DNA of 63,411 nt, filler included, from Stramenopiles sp. TOSAG23-3 (Eukaryota), in the NCBI GenBank assembly GCA_900128585.1. It is 6 parts of 6 records of this genome, joined end to end, with 100 filler letters (N's around TTAATTAATTAA, not from the genome) between each part and the next. Parts side by side here need not be neighbours in the genome. Positions count along the whole stretch, not along the records: positions 10,612 to 21,117 come from LT642809.1; positions 21,218 to 31,703 come from LT642810.1; 4 more parts are not named here. One strand, given 5' to 3'. This document shows positions 11,422-21,703 of the stretch, one piece after another. A program made the translations under genes and the position numbers. Within the stretch, counting starts at the first letter, position 1. Every line of letters begins with the position of its first letter. Below the pieces are notes generated by a model that was not told the origin of the DNA, searched no databases, and saw only the letters and a list, made by a program, of their open reading frames with translations.

Positions 11422-11598
11422 ATGGACGCGCCCTCAATAGCCAACTCCGTCGCTTCGATGCGTCAGAACGGCCTGTTCCTATTGTTCTACTTCATCTTTC
11501 CAATCGTCTACATTGGCTGGTTGCTGGTGATAGGGTACGCGTTGACCAAATACGTTATGCTCATGGCGTTTATTCTTAAACTCTTAAAACATATTTAA
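11422..11598 (+). CDS. Possible 58-aa hydrophobic membrane micropeptide (below the ORF-track cutoff)
   Basis: gccATGg start; MDAPSIANSVASMRQNGLFLLFYFIFPIVYIGWLLVIGYALTKYVMLMAFILKLLKHI*. Confidence 0.3.
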   Translation: MDAPSIANSVASMRQNGLFLLFYFIFPIVYIGWLLVIGYALTKYVMLMAFILKLLKHI

Positions 11599-11643
11599 TA
11601 TGTACTTTATATATAATTTGTTTTTATAATTTAATTACTTAAA

Positions 11644-11665
11644 TAACAGCCAATTTTCTTGTTTT
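11644..11665 (-). repeat. Dispersed 22-mer repeat copy
   Basis: TAACAGCCAATTTTCTTGTTTT, in a convergent intergenic region. Confidence 0.9.
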
Positions 11666-11767
11666 TATTTTTAATACGTAAATTCTTACTGTACAGAATT
11701 AAGACACTTAAAGAATTATACACTACACCCCAAAACTGATCTGGCCTTTTACACCCTGCTCTATGTT

Positions 11768-13144
11768 TCAAAGGTGCACTTCTTCCTGGCGCAACCGTTC
11801 AAGAACGATTGAATATCGTGGAGAGTTCATGTACTTTTTGACTACGTGTAAATCAGTTTCTTTTCGAAAAGAAACTGATTTACAGGGGTCATTTAGATAG
11901 CCGATAAAGATAAGTTTCTGGGATGCAAAGAGGTCTAAATCCAGGGCGTGTCCGGCGAACAGAGTGTCCTCCAAATTCTCCCGCTGGATGCTATTCTGCT
12001 CCAGTAGCAAACTGAGAAGCTTCCATAGACGATTTAGCCGGCCGATCAACTTTAACCTTTCTTCTTTATTGTCTTGAATTGTCGCAAGTTCCTCTACCAT
12101 TAGGTTGAAAGCGGCATCGTACTTTTGCCAACTATGGACTGCAAAATTCTCAATCACTGATTCATATAATGATTCAGATTGTGATTCAGACAATGGGTCA
12201 TCTCCAAAATATTCGCCTAAAAGCAAAAGTGTGTTAACATCGGAGCCATAGATTTTTATGGCTTCGCTCTGAAAGCAGGCTGGAATGGCACTTTCTTCTA
12301 CAAAACTTTCAAGTTCGGGTGTCACGGGGGCCTTCATACTAAGTTGGACGAAATCTTGGTTTTTTAAAATAGAGTTGGAGCGATTTTTTAGAATTTCGCC
12401 CAAGCTTGTCGCATTGTTTCGAGTAGGTGCAAATACAATATCGTGCTGCACCTTTGAATACCAACCACTGTTTGCAACGAAGACAATGCTTGCTAATTTG
12501 GTACTGGACAGGACGTGTACAAAGTTCCAGAATATATCACTGTTTTCGGAACTGTTGAACAGTTTTACATCCAGTTTATCGATATTGTCAATAATAATCA
12601 ATGGGCGATGCTCTAGCTTACGGAAAGTTCGTCTTGATATATTTTTCAGGGCAGTATGATAGCAATCGGTTGCAAATTTGATGTCTTGCCGAAAAAAACG
12701 GTTCAGCATACCCAGTTCCGTCAACATTGCCGGGGCAAACTTCACCCCACTCTTTCGAAAAATATGGAACATCAAGTCTGTCCCAGAAAATATGGGAGAA
12801 TCATGAACGTTTATGTATACGCCAGGCATGGTCTCAGCGTTCATTTTGATGATAGTGGACGACCCAGTTCCTTCGGGCATCTCCCAAACTATAGGCCTTT
12901 GTGACCGCAAGAGCCTCTTGAATATTCCTTTCATCGGTAAGGCTTTAAAGTGGGACGAAATGTGTACGTTCTGTTTTTCAATTTCTCTTCTATGAATGCA
13001 GTGGTTTGTCAAGGACCTTTCCAGGCGTTTTATTTGCATGAAGCGGGTCCTCGGGAGAAAACTCAGGGCAAGCCCCACGGCAGCACAGCCCCCGAACCCC
13101 ATTTTCAGCTGTTCGGGGGCCACGTTCGACAAGGCGTCCCACAT
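11768..13144 (-). CDS. Membrane-anchored P-loop/AAA-like protein with a degenerate Walker A
   Basis: N-terminal hydrophobic segment; PEGTGSST at the Walker A position (no Lys); LIIIDNID as Walker B; first ATG at 13144. Confidence 0.6.
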   Translation of the reverse strand: MWDALSNVAPEQLKMGFGGCAAVGLALSFLPRTRFMQIKRLERSLTNHCIHRREIEKQNVHISSHFKALPMKGIFKRLLRSQRPIVWEMPEGTGSSTIIKMNAETMPGVYINVHDSPIFSGTDLMFHIFRKSGVKFAPAMLTELGMLNRFFRQDIKFATDCYHTALKNISRRTFRKLEHRPLIIIDNIDKLDVKLFNSSENSDIFWNFVHVLSSTKLASIVFVANSGWYSKVQHDIVFAPTRNNATSLGEILKNRSNSILKNQDFVQLSMKAPVTPELESFVEESAIPACFQSEAIKIYGSDVNTLLLLGEYFGDDPLSESQSESLYESVIENFAVHSWQKYDAAFNLMVEELATIQDNKEERLKLIGRLNRLWKLLSLLLEQNSIQRENLEDTLFAGHALDLDLFASQKLIFIGYLNDPCKSVSFRKETDLHVVKKYMNSPRYSIVLERLRQEEVHL

Positions 13145-13598
13145 TATTCTTTCAAATTTGCGTTCGCAAACGTTGGGAATCTCACTGACAAATAGTACCT
13201 TCTTCCACTCTCTCACACAATTTCTACTTTAAACTTGAAAATTTGAATGAAAAAAAGTGCCTGTTATTATTATTTGCCTTTTTCCCAACTTAAAAATACG
13301 ACTTCGGATTAAAAGAACAACTATTATTATATATTATCTAATTTAATAGTTTTTCTTTTTTTTTTTTACAATAAATATCTTCATCTTCATCACACACCAC
13401 ACACCACACACCACACCGCTGCTGCGGTCATCAATCATCATCATCATGCTGCCACCAATGCCACCAATTCAAAGTTAAAAGTGTTACCAAAAAGACTGTC
13501 AAAATAAGTTTTTGTTTGAAAGAAAAAAGAACGCAGTGGCGTAAAAACAATCGCTGAGGTCATGTTTCCGAGAAGCAATAAAGCTGACCAATGTACAA

Positions 13599-14429
13599 AT
13601 GAAAATGGGGTGGTCCTCTGTTGTTGTCTTCGTCCCCACCGTATTGGTAGTGCTCAATTTTTTAGTCGTTCGGCTCAGCGTACGGTCCAATGATGAATTT
13701 TGGTTGAACGTTGGAAACCAGCTGGAGGCTGCTGCCCCTTCCTTTATTTACGACTGTTTTAAGGCAGGTCGTCAAGCGCACATGGCGGCATGGTTTGACA
13801 AGGAGTCCAAAACGGGAACTGTGTATATGCATGAAGCCTCGGGCTGGAAATATTTGACAGAAAAACAGTACTCCAATATGGTAAAACATGTACTCCACTG
13901 GTTGCCAATAAAGAGTGGGCATCGAATTTTTGAGCTAGGATGTGGTGTTGGTGCTGCTTTGAACGTCACGATGGAAACATACGGCCCCAACCTTATCTTG
14001 GGCGGTTCCGACATTTCTGCGGATTTTATAAAAAAGTGTCAAAAATATTTTCCAAAGTTTGCTGACAACTTTTACCACCTATCCATGACCTCCGCGAACG
14101 AGAAGGTTCCGGACAGCAGCCAGGACCACGTCCTTTCTTTTGGGGCCCTGGGTATGTATTTGTACAGAGAAGAAATGACTGCTGCCGTGGCAGAAGCTGT
14201 CCGCATCTTGAAACCAGGAGGAGGGATGTGTCTCACTCATTTCATAGAGCCAAACGGTCGTAATCCAGGTTCGATTCTCCAGCCCGTTGAAAAGTCGCAC
14301 TGGGAGAAAGTACGGGACAAACATGGTCTGGAACGTATGCGCCTTGTCACGTTACTCAACCAAGGAAATTTTGGGGACAGGTATGCGGTGTGCTTTACGA
14401 AAAAGAGGCTGTTACTTGTCCAAAGGTAA
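13599..14429 (+). CDS. Class I SAM-dependent methyltransferase with N-terminal signal anchor
   Basis: Motif I IFELGCGVG, GSDIS, and EAVRILKPGG. Confidence 0.88.
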   Translation: MKMGWSSVVVFVPTVLVVLNFLVVRLSVRSNDEFWLNVGNQLEAAAPSFIYDCFKAGRQAHMAAWFDKESKTGTVYMHEASGWKYLTEKQYSNMVKHVLHWLPIKSGHRIFELGCGVGAALNVTMETYGPNLILGGSDISADFIKKCQKYFPKFADNFYHLSMTSANEKVPDSSQDHVLSFGALGMYLYREEMTAAVAEAVRILKPGGGMCLTHFIEPNGRNPGSILQPVEKSHWEKVRDKHGLERMRLVTLLNQGNFGDRYAVCFTKKRLLLVQR

Positions 14430-14579
14430 TTCTTAAATGCTCTCGGGGGGGGGAAGGGGTCTTTGATAAATGAAATAAATCCTTATTTTCTTATGAATAT
14501 TTTTTACATATATACTATATATATAATTTGTTTTTTTCATAGTCCGAGGTAAATCCATAAACACATACCACACTCGTTC

Positions 14580-16508
14580 CTACAATTCGCCAACATTACA
14601 CTTCGGAGTCAGTGCTAAATCCACATTAGACAGTCGGATGGTTCCTATTATCTGCTCCGGCAACTCGTCCTCGGACCTCCCCTCCAGTGTGAACGCCAAG
14701 TCTATCGTCAGCTGCCTCATTGACGCCATGATCAGCCCCGTCAGCATCGTGGCTACTTTGGACGATCCGACGTCAATGTCTACCTCGATGTACCTGTCGC
14801 CTTTGAAATAAGACTGGTCCACCTTCAATCCTAGGAGCGCGGGCTTGGTCCCTACAGCACTTTTCACGACCCACGGGCCTTGGGCAACACGTGGTATAAT
14901 TTTCCACCTTTGATTGCGAAACTCGTCAGTTCCATCCAAAAACTGCTCCCAAAGGTTCCGAAATGAGTCGGGCATCTCGCTTAGCTCCGGCATCCTATAG
15001 TACATCAGCAAGCAGTGGTAGGGTGGGCTTGGCGTAACCACTACAACGACGTAATAAAAGCTGTTGTCTCCTCGGGCTCGCGCTGCTTGCAAAAACGTGC
15101 CTTTCTTCCTGTTCACTAAATGAAGCGTGTGCTCTTTTCCGGTATTAAAAAATTCACAACCCACCAGTTTCGCAAGTGGCCCGTTAGAGGCGATTTTTTT
15201 TCTCGATTTCATGTAGTTCTTTTTCCGCACTTGAAAGTAGGACTGGACTTCCCCGCGTTGAAGCTCGTGCCACGTGTTTTCTTGATCCGCGCTTTGCCCT
15301 CGCTCCCAAAAGAACGGCACGTTTAGTTCAACGTCACTTTCACTGACAACTTCACTCTTTCCCGCATCCCCCTCGTCCGTTGCCGCTTTCTTTCTGGGCG
15401 TTATGGAGAGAGACGCCATCTTTACTTCAACTGCGCGGGAGACTTGTTCCAGAGTCTCTCCTATTTTAATAATTTGTTGGTCCGGGACGTTGCCTTTATA
15501 CAATCGTGTCCGCACCCACCGACGGCGGCGGACGTAGTCAAAGCCACGCGCAACTGGGACTCCCGCAAAATCTTTGCAGTAATCAACGAAATTCGTCGCA
15601 TACAGCCATCCCTCGTCCGCCTCGGTACCATCGTCCTCGGTTGGGTACACCTTCCATCCCGATTCCCAAATCCAGCCATCTAATTGCTTGTCGAGCTCTA
15701 TCGGGTTTTCAGCCTGCGACTGTGAGTAGTCCGTATTGCTCCATATGCCAGGGTCAGTTAACAAAACGTGCCCCTCCGTCCCCCACCCAAACAGCGGTAT
15801 GTACCTCTGGTTCTCCCAGATCTCCTCCACCACCGTCTTGCGAAAGGTCACTTCCTTTAGTGCACTAATCTGGTCTTGTAACCATGACTTGCAAGTTTGG
15901 AAGGCTGTCGAAATGCACTTCAAGCGGACCCATCTTCTTCGCCTCACCTTCGAAAAGCAGTCGTGCTCTTTCGACCACACGGGGGCTTCTGCAGAAAAAA
16001 TAGATTCTTGGTGCGATCCCTCCCAACCCTGAAAAGAATTGGAGTAGGACCAACCGCTTAAATCGACGTTGCTGGTCGCCCAGTCGACGTGCCACCCGGT
16101 CAAGCGTATGAAGCACGCTGACGAAAAGGCAGTCTCCCCATCCACGTTTAGCGGCGGCAACACCTCGCTGGCCGTTTGTCCGGTCCCAGTCTGAGGCGAA
16201 AACCAGCGCTCCAGTCCATCTATCCCGTCGAAATGACCTGGACTGCTGCTCCCCCATGTTCCGAGCTCCGGGCTATAACGCTGGTGCTCAAATATCTCGT
16301 CAGTAACCATGCAGTCACAAGGCTTCCTCTTCATTTGGTTCTTACTATCAATATCTTTCTTGTGTTGGTTCTTTACAATGGTGTCGTCCGACTGCAAAAG
16401 CAATATTGTTAGTGCTTCCGGACAATTTTGCAGAGTAGTCAAACTGGCAATCGGCTCCACTATCGATTGCTGTGTCAGCAGCATCGACTCGTTCGAAAAT
16501 GAAGACAT
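14580..16508 (-). CDS. Two DysF (dysferlin/Pex24-type) domains plus a C-terminal EDR2_C (DUF1336) domain
   Basis: EIFEHQRY...GWSY...VRRRRWVR and EIWENQRY...GWLYA...VRRRRWVRTR; EDR2_C motifs FRNQRWKIIPRVAQGPWVVKSAVGTKPALLG, YIEVDIDVGSS, LEGRSEDELPEQIIGTIRL. Confidence 0.85.
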   Translation of the reverse strand: MSSFSNESMLLTQQSIVEPIASLTTLQNCPEALTILLLQSDDTIVKNQHKKDIDSKNQMKRKPCDCMVTDEIFEHQRYSPELGTWGSSSPGHFDGIDGLERWFSPQTGTGQTASEVLPPLNVDGETAFSSACFIRLTGWHVDWATSNVDLSGWSYSNSFQGWEGSHQESIFSAEAPVWSKEHDCFSKVRRRRWVRLKCISTAFQTCKSWLQDQISALKEVTFRKTVVEEIWENQRYIPLFGWGTEGHVLLTDPGIWSNTDYSQSQAENPIELDKQLDGWIWESGWKVYPTEDDGTEADEGWLYATNFVDYCKDFAGVPVARGFDYVRRRRWVRTRLYKGNVPDQQIIKIGETLEQVSRAVEVKMASLSITPRKKAATDEGDAGKSEVVSESDVELNVPFFWERGQSADQENTWHELQRGEVQSYFQVRKKNYMKSRKKIASNGPLAKLVGCEFFNTGKEHTLHLVNRKKGTFLQAARARGDNSFYYVVVVVTPSPPYHCLLMYYRMPELSEMPDSFRNLWEQFLDGTDEFRNQRWKIIPRVAQGPWVVKSAVGTKPALLGLKVDQSYFKGDRYIEVDIDVGSSKVATMLTGLIMASMRQLTIDLAFTLEGRSEDELPEQIIGTIRLSNVDLALTPKCNVGEL

Positions 16509-17571
16509 TTGTGTGCTTCTTTAACGCACGTACCACGTCCCACAAACAGGCACAGTGATATATCCTGCTCCTGCAGTTACTAAAAAAACGTAAGACCAAC
16601 AGTCGTCTCTTCGCGTATATATATATTATAAATATATATATATATGTTTTACAAAGTATTCACGCACAATCAGACAGATTCAAAGGCTTTCCTTTTTGTT
16701 TTCACTCTCAATAGCTTTTATTATACATGAATGATGCATCTTGTTCATATTGCATTATTTTTAAAAAATTGATCTTGAACTCTTACTTCCTTTTTTTAGA
16801 AAAACAAGAAGAAACACACCCAATCATACATACTACACTTCTTTTTTTTTATTTCATCATCGTTCTTCTATAATACTTCTTTCTGCTCTTTTTTTTTTTT
16901 TTTTTTTTTTTAAATTAAATAATATTATTATTTATATTATACTGTATTTATATAGGAATACAAGGCGGCGTATTTTAATACTTAATTATTACAGACGACT
17001 AGACACTATGAATAATATGGAAAAGAACAACAGAACAAAAAACAAATAGACACAGCACAGAGCATTTATTCTTTCAAGGAAGAAGAATGAAGAAGAAAGA
17101 AAAGACGGATGTAGTCTACATTAGTAGAGACTAATAATTATTATACTTTTATGTATATTATTTTTCCTATATGATTGGATTGGGTTTTCATCAGGCAGCA
17201 GGCACCAGGCACCAGGGGTGGTCAATAGCTGATTGATTGATCATTTTGTTGCAGTAGAACGACAAATATAAAATAAAAAAATAATTAGTATTTGCCATAC
17301 GGTATTACAGGTATTAATACAGGTATTAATTACAGATACCGTACCAGGTATCGAACAGTTAATAGTATGGTTGAAAGGCGTTCAATGTAATAATTGCTCT
17401 CTGATGATGGAAGAGAAAAAAAAACTCATCTAACTAAGAATTTTAAACATCTAGATGACTAACAAGCTTCGGAGTTTTTTACTATCCTCTAATAGTTAAT
17501 GTACCGTAAACGGTAGGGTTCCATTTCGCGCTTGAAAAAACAGTCACCAGCCTGCAAACACAAAGTGAGCC

Positions 17572-19491
17572 ATGGCAGCGTTTTACGATGAATATTCAGA
17601 GGAACTTACGTACAACTTCATGAGGGGAAACGCTGCAGATTTAATACGTGTGTCCGCGAAAAGTAGTGCTGTGAAATCTATTAAATCTCAGCGGAATGAA
17701 AGCAGCAAGTCCAACATTATATTTAGCGAGCTGGTAACGTTGTACGATCCAACCGTACGGTTTAAGAAGAAAAAGGAGTATGTTCTAGTTCTAACAGAAG
17801 AAAACTTGTACCTCTTAGATCCGTTGCCTCCGTTCGAGTGCTCGAAACGGGCACCAGAAGGGGTACCGGTGTCTTGGGTCTCAAAAATATATGCCGATAG
17901 GATTGGTTCACAAGTCATGCTCAAGATTCCTGCCGACTACGATATGTGGCTAGAGGTACCTGCCAAAACTCAATTCCTGCACATATTCAGCCAATTGCAT
18001 AAACTGTTCCTGCAGGAAAATCCAGAAGGAAGGCAAATTGACTTGCAGATTGCATTTGTCTTCAATCTTGGAAGTCAACGGGAAGCGAAGTACGTTGACG
18101 CCAAAATTGCTTCGAAAACGAAGTCGTACAAAGATGCGAAAGATCGAGTCCACTTGCTTCTTCGGGAAGCGAAAAAAGCGCAGGGCATTGCCATGTCCAA
18201 AAAGAAGGTCCAAATGTCACCGTCGAAGAAAAAGGCGTTGCAGAAGAAGAAATTAAAAGTACAAAAAGACCTGCTGAAAAAGAAACAGCAAAGGGCGGAG
18301 AAAAAAGCGTTGCCTGCAACATCATTGCACACCAAGATACCAAGGCACCCGAGAGACAAAGCGCTGCCAAGCGACCACCCCAAGAAGGCCGCACTGCACT
18401 CAGAAGGGGCCCAAATGATTTCCCTGATCGGAAAAGACAAAGTACTCTTCCTTAAGGAGTTAGAGAGGACCGTGCGAAGGTACGACGCTGCTATTGCGCA
18501 GCATGCGGGCCAACGCTTCGAAAACTTTCAGCAGAAAATTTTTTATTCCAGCGAATTTAAGTTTAAAGCAAGGACTGTTACGTTAAGCAGCAACGAGACA
18601 TTTTTCCCAAATGTGTACTGTGATACCACGAGATCATTTATGTCGGTCCGAAAGATTCTCAATATTCCGGGGGTAATTAGCAATGAACAAAAGCCTCTCA
18701 TCGAATTGAAAGGGCACCTAGGGGTTATGGAAAACCTTGGAACTTTCGAAGAAACCCATAGACCGAAACGAAACACAGGCGGGGGAGGCAACCGGTCGAA
18801 TTCAGGCGTTACGAAGCGGTACAAGTACTATCTCATGAACCCTGTTGACAGCAATTATACTCAACTCTTGGAGAACTCTCCGATTAAATTTGGGCTGCCC
18901 GTGAATGAAGTCGCCGTCCGAATGGGAGATCTGCTGCTTCTGCTGCAATCTTGTCACAATAACAATTATTTCTTGGGAGCGATTTGCCTGAATGATATGT
19001 ACGTAAAGAATGACCCAGCCAACAAAAAGGGTTTTGGAAACTTGAAGTTTTTTCAATTTAACAAGTTCAAGAAAATGAAACCGGCCGATATGCGGCACTT
19101 GGAATTCGAAGAAATTTGCTCTTGCCCGAAAGCCCTTATTGCACAAACCTTGGGCAGTTATACCATAGAACGCCTTCAAACGACGAAAGAAATGGACTTT
19201 TGGTCGTACGGCATCTTGCTGTTCAAGATGTTGACGGGAAAGTATCCATTCCCTGACCTGGGGGAAAAATTTAGTTTACAGCTGTTTTACGACATTTTAA
19301 ACGGGGGCAGTTTCGATATTAACGAGAAAATTAATTCTTCCGGGATTGACGACCAGAGTGCGAAGTTCCTGTTGAAGAAGTTGCTAGTGCAGGATCAGAA
19401 AAACATTTCCATGACAGATTTACTGAATAATTCGTTCTTTTCACATTCTACAGCGATTCAAAAGCACCGCCATTCAGTAGGGGAAATATAA
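17572..19491 (+). CDS. PH/myosin-TH1-like N-terminus, basic linker and C-terminal pseudokinase
   Basis: IIFSELVT...VLVLTEENLYLLD is TH1/PH-like. Kinase subdomain IX DFWSYGILLFKMLTGKYPF is present; the HRD and DFG positions are replaced (FLGAICLNDM, FFQFN). Confidence 0.65.
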   Translation: MAAFYDEYSEELTYNFMRGNAADLIRVSAKSSAVKSIKSQRNESSKSNIIFSELVTLYDPTVRFKKKKEYVLVLTEENLYLLDPLPPFECSKRAPEGVPVSWVSKIYADRIGSQVMLKIPADYDMWLEVPAKTQFLHIFSQLHKLFLQENPEGRQIDLQIAFVFNLGSQREAKYVDAKIASKTKSYKDAKDRVHLLLREAKKAQGIAMSKKKVQMSPSKKKALQKKKLKVQKDLLKKKQQRAEKKALPATSLHTKIPRHPRDKALPSDHPKKAALHSEGAQMISLIGKDKVLFLKELERTVRRYDAAIAQHAGQRFENFQQKIFYSSEFKFKARTVTLSSNETFFPNVYCDTTRSFMSVRKILNIPGVISNEQKPLIELKGHLGVMENLGTFEETHRPKRNTGGGGNRSNSGVTKRYKYYLMNPVDSNYTQLLENSPIKFGLPVNEVAVRMGDLLLLLQSCHNNNYFLGAICLNDMYVKNDPANKKGFGNLKFFQFNKFKKMKPADMRHLEFEEICSCPKALIAQTLGSYTIERLQTTKEMDFWSYGILLFKMLTGKYPFPDLGEKFSLQLFYDILNGGSFDINEKINSSGIDDQSAKFLLKKLLVQDQKNISMTDLLNNSFFSHSTAIQKHRHSVGEI

Positions 19492-19809
19492 AATCAATTT
19501 TTGTGCACTCTCAACTCTTATTTAATGGATATCAGGTATCGGGGTGCTCTGTATTGAATTTATTAGGTTTAACGACGCATATTTTGGGCGTTTGCCATAC
19601 AAGTAAAATACATATACTTGCTACAAGCAAAAGTATTTGGGTAAGAGTATAAAATTAAAAACAAAACCATAGAGTAAAGAGAGTAAGTTACTCAGAGAAA
19701 AAGTGTATTATTCACGTGTAGAAGAAGAGTAGAAGTTTTTTTTTAAAACAAATCACATGCTTTTTCGTTTCTGAACTGAATTAGTTTTTTGTTTTGAACA
19801 ACTATAAAA

Positions 19810-21117
19810 TCAATTCGGTTTTTTTTGGTCCATGATATCAAAAATCCTTCCATCTTCTCGCCTTGCCAGAACCCGCCTATACATTTTCCCCCTAACCTTG
19901 GCTGACTCTCCTTTCCAAAGAGCTGCAATGTCATGTACGGAAAACTGCCCTTTTTCCTCGTGCTCAGAGAAAAATGTCTCGCGGGCCTCCTGCATCAGTG
20001 TTATGAAATACTCCCGATCTTTTAAACGCTCCTTTGCAGATAAATCGTCTTTCTCTTCCTTTTCAGAATCGAACATTTGCAGCTTTGCCTCCAAAGCCTT
20101 CTTGAAAGCGTACAGCTCTACCATTTTGTCGTCGGTCTTCTTCTGCGCCTCTGTAATTTTTTTCACCAATTTTTTTGAATCGTTTTCGGCTGTTTGCATC
20201 ATAACTTTTTCCAGCTTGAGCATTTTTTCTCGCAAGTTTGTGATAGTGTTTTTGTTTACAGACGACATGTCGCCCTTTTGACCATTTTTCTCACTAGCCC
20301 TTTTCTTAAAGCTTTCGAATGTACTTGCTAGTTTTTGCAAAGTTTTTTCTGTGGTTTGGGAGTTGGCCGCAACTGTTTGAACGGACTGGACCAATAGCGA
20401 AGTCAAGTCAGACAGGGAAATTCCACTTCGCTTCCCATCCCATATCTCTGGTACTCGAACGGAATCCTTCGTGTTTATCCCAAACCGAGTGTTTTTGAAT
20501 CCATTTTGTTTTTCTACGTATCTAATCACTTTTAATTGTTGAAGTTTCGATAGTGCATTTTTAATTACCTCAACATTGTGCATAGCTTCACGAGAAACTT
20601 CAAACGAAACAAATTTGTTGGCGTAAAGCTCTTTTTCAGCAACTACGGTACTTTCTATTACCACAGATTCGCTCCGTAGCCGTATTTCATGTGTAGAAAG
20701 TAATTTAATGTCTTTGTTAGATTTTAGCAACAAAATGTCTCCCGAGGAGTGCAAAGATAAGTTTTTTGCTGCTGCCAAACCGAGATGGTCTTGAGAAGAC
20801 AGCTCTAGCTTGCTCTTCGAAAAGACGCGACAATTTTCGGCTTCCAGTAGCAACCTTTGTTTGCCGTGCACTTCATAATTATTGCCAGACATAACCATCC
20901 CCGTGGCATTTAACGACATTTTTGTCGTTGATGCTGCTGATAGAATGATCTGGCCTGCATTTAAGGCGTCCTCGTGTCCTGTTTGTAAAACAATGTTCCC
21001 ACCACCACCGCGAGTGCTTCCTCCACTTTGGACAAGTACATCTCCCCCATTGCCTATAAAACTTGATCCAGCAACCAACTTAACAGTTCCCCCACTGCCT
21101 TTGTCTTTCCCAGCACC
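19810..21117 (-). CDS. 5'-partial protein: Gly-rich beta-repeat (fibre-like) region, Peptidase_S74-like intramolecular chaperone domain, coiled coil
   Basis: Frame is open to the contig end. GGxVxLxAG/SG/TG repeats, then SREAMHNVEVIKNALSKLQQLKVIRY...RFGI...PEIW...ISLSDLTSLLVQSVQ, then heptads. Confidence 0.65.
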   Translation of the reverse strand, partial: GAGKDKGSGGTVKLVAGSSFIGNGGDVLVQSGGSTRGGGGNIVLQTGHEDALNAGQIILSAASTTKMSLNATGMVMSGNNYEVHGKQRLLLEAENCRVFSKSKLELSSQDHLGLAAAKNLSLHSSGDILLLKSNKDIKLLSTHEIRLRSESVVIESTVVAEKELYANKFVSFEVSREAMHNVEVIKNALSKLQQLKVIRYVEKQNGFKNTRFGINTKDSVRVPEIWDGKRSGISLSDLTSLLVQSVQTVAANSQTTEKTLQKLASTFESFKKRASEKNGQKGDMSSVNKNTITNLREKMLKLEKVMMQTAENDSKKLVKKITEAQKKTDDKMVELYAFKKALEAKLQMFDSEKEEKDDLSAKERLKDREYFITLMQEARETFFSEHEEKGQFSVHDIAALWKGESAKVRGKMYRRVLARREDGRIFDIMDQKKPN

Positions 21118-21217
21118 NNNNNNNNNNNNNNNNNNNNNNNNNNNNNNNNNNNNNNNNNNNNTTAATTAATTAANNNNNNNNNNNNNNNNNNNNNNNNNNN
21201 NNNNNNNNNNNNNNNNN
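21118..21217. other. Artificial contig linker
   Basis: N44-TTAATTAATTAA-N44. Confidence 0.97.
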
Positions 21218-21703
21218 AAAACTAAAACTAAAACCATAAATAAAATACTATTTAACAGGACGATACTATTGTATATTCTAATTAAAATATGAAAACCGTT
21301 GAGAGAGCATGAGAGCAAATATTTTATAATGAGATAATGAGTGAATCAAATTGAAGTTTACGTTAGTTATATAAAATAACTATGATGGCTTTTATTATTA
21401 TGTAGGAGGAGGTATTATAAAATATTATTATCGACCGACCGACCGACCGATGACCAAAAATTTAATATAATAATATAGATAATATATAGACGACTAATAA
21501 AATATCATCATATAATATATATGTAGTTACAATTTCGTATTTGTATTGTTATTTGTTTGTTATTGTTTAACTACTCCTCATTTACGATCATGTCATTTTG
21601 GGAGAGAGTTTATTTTGCGCCAGGAATTTGTTTGGAATTTGGTGTTTAAACGGGGCGTGCCAAAGCCACTGCATTCTTCATTGCCAAGGGAAGTGCACCA
21701 ACG

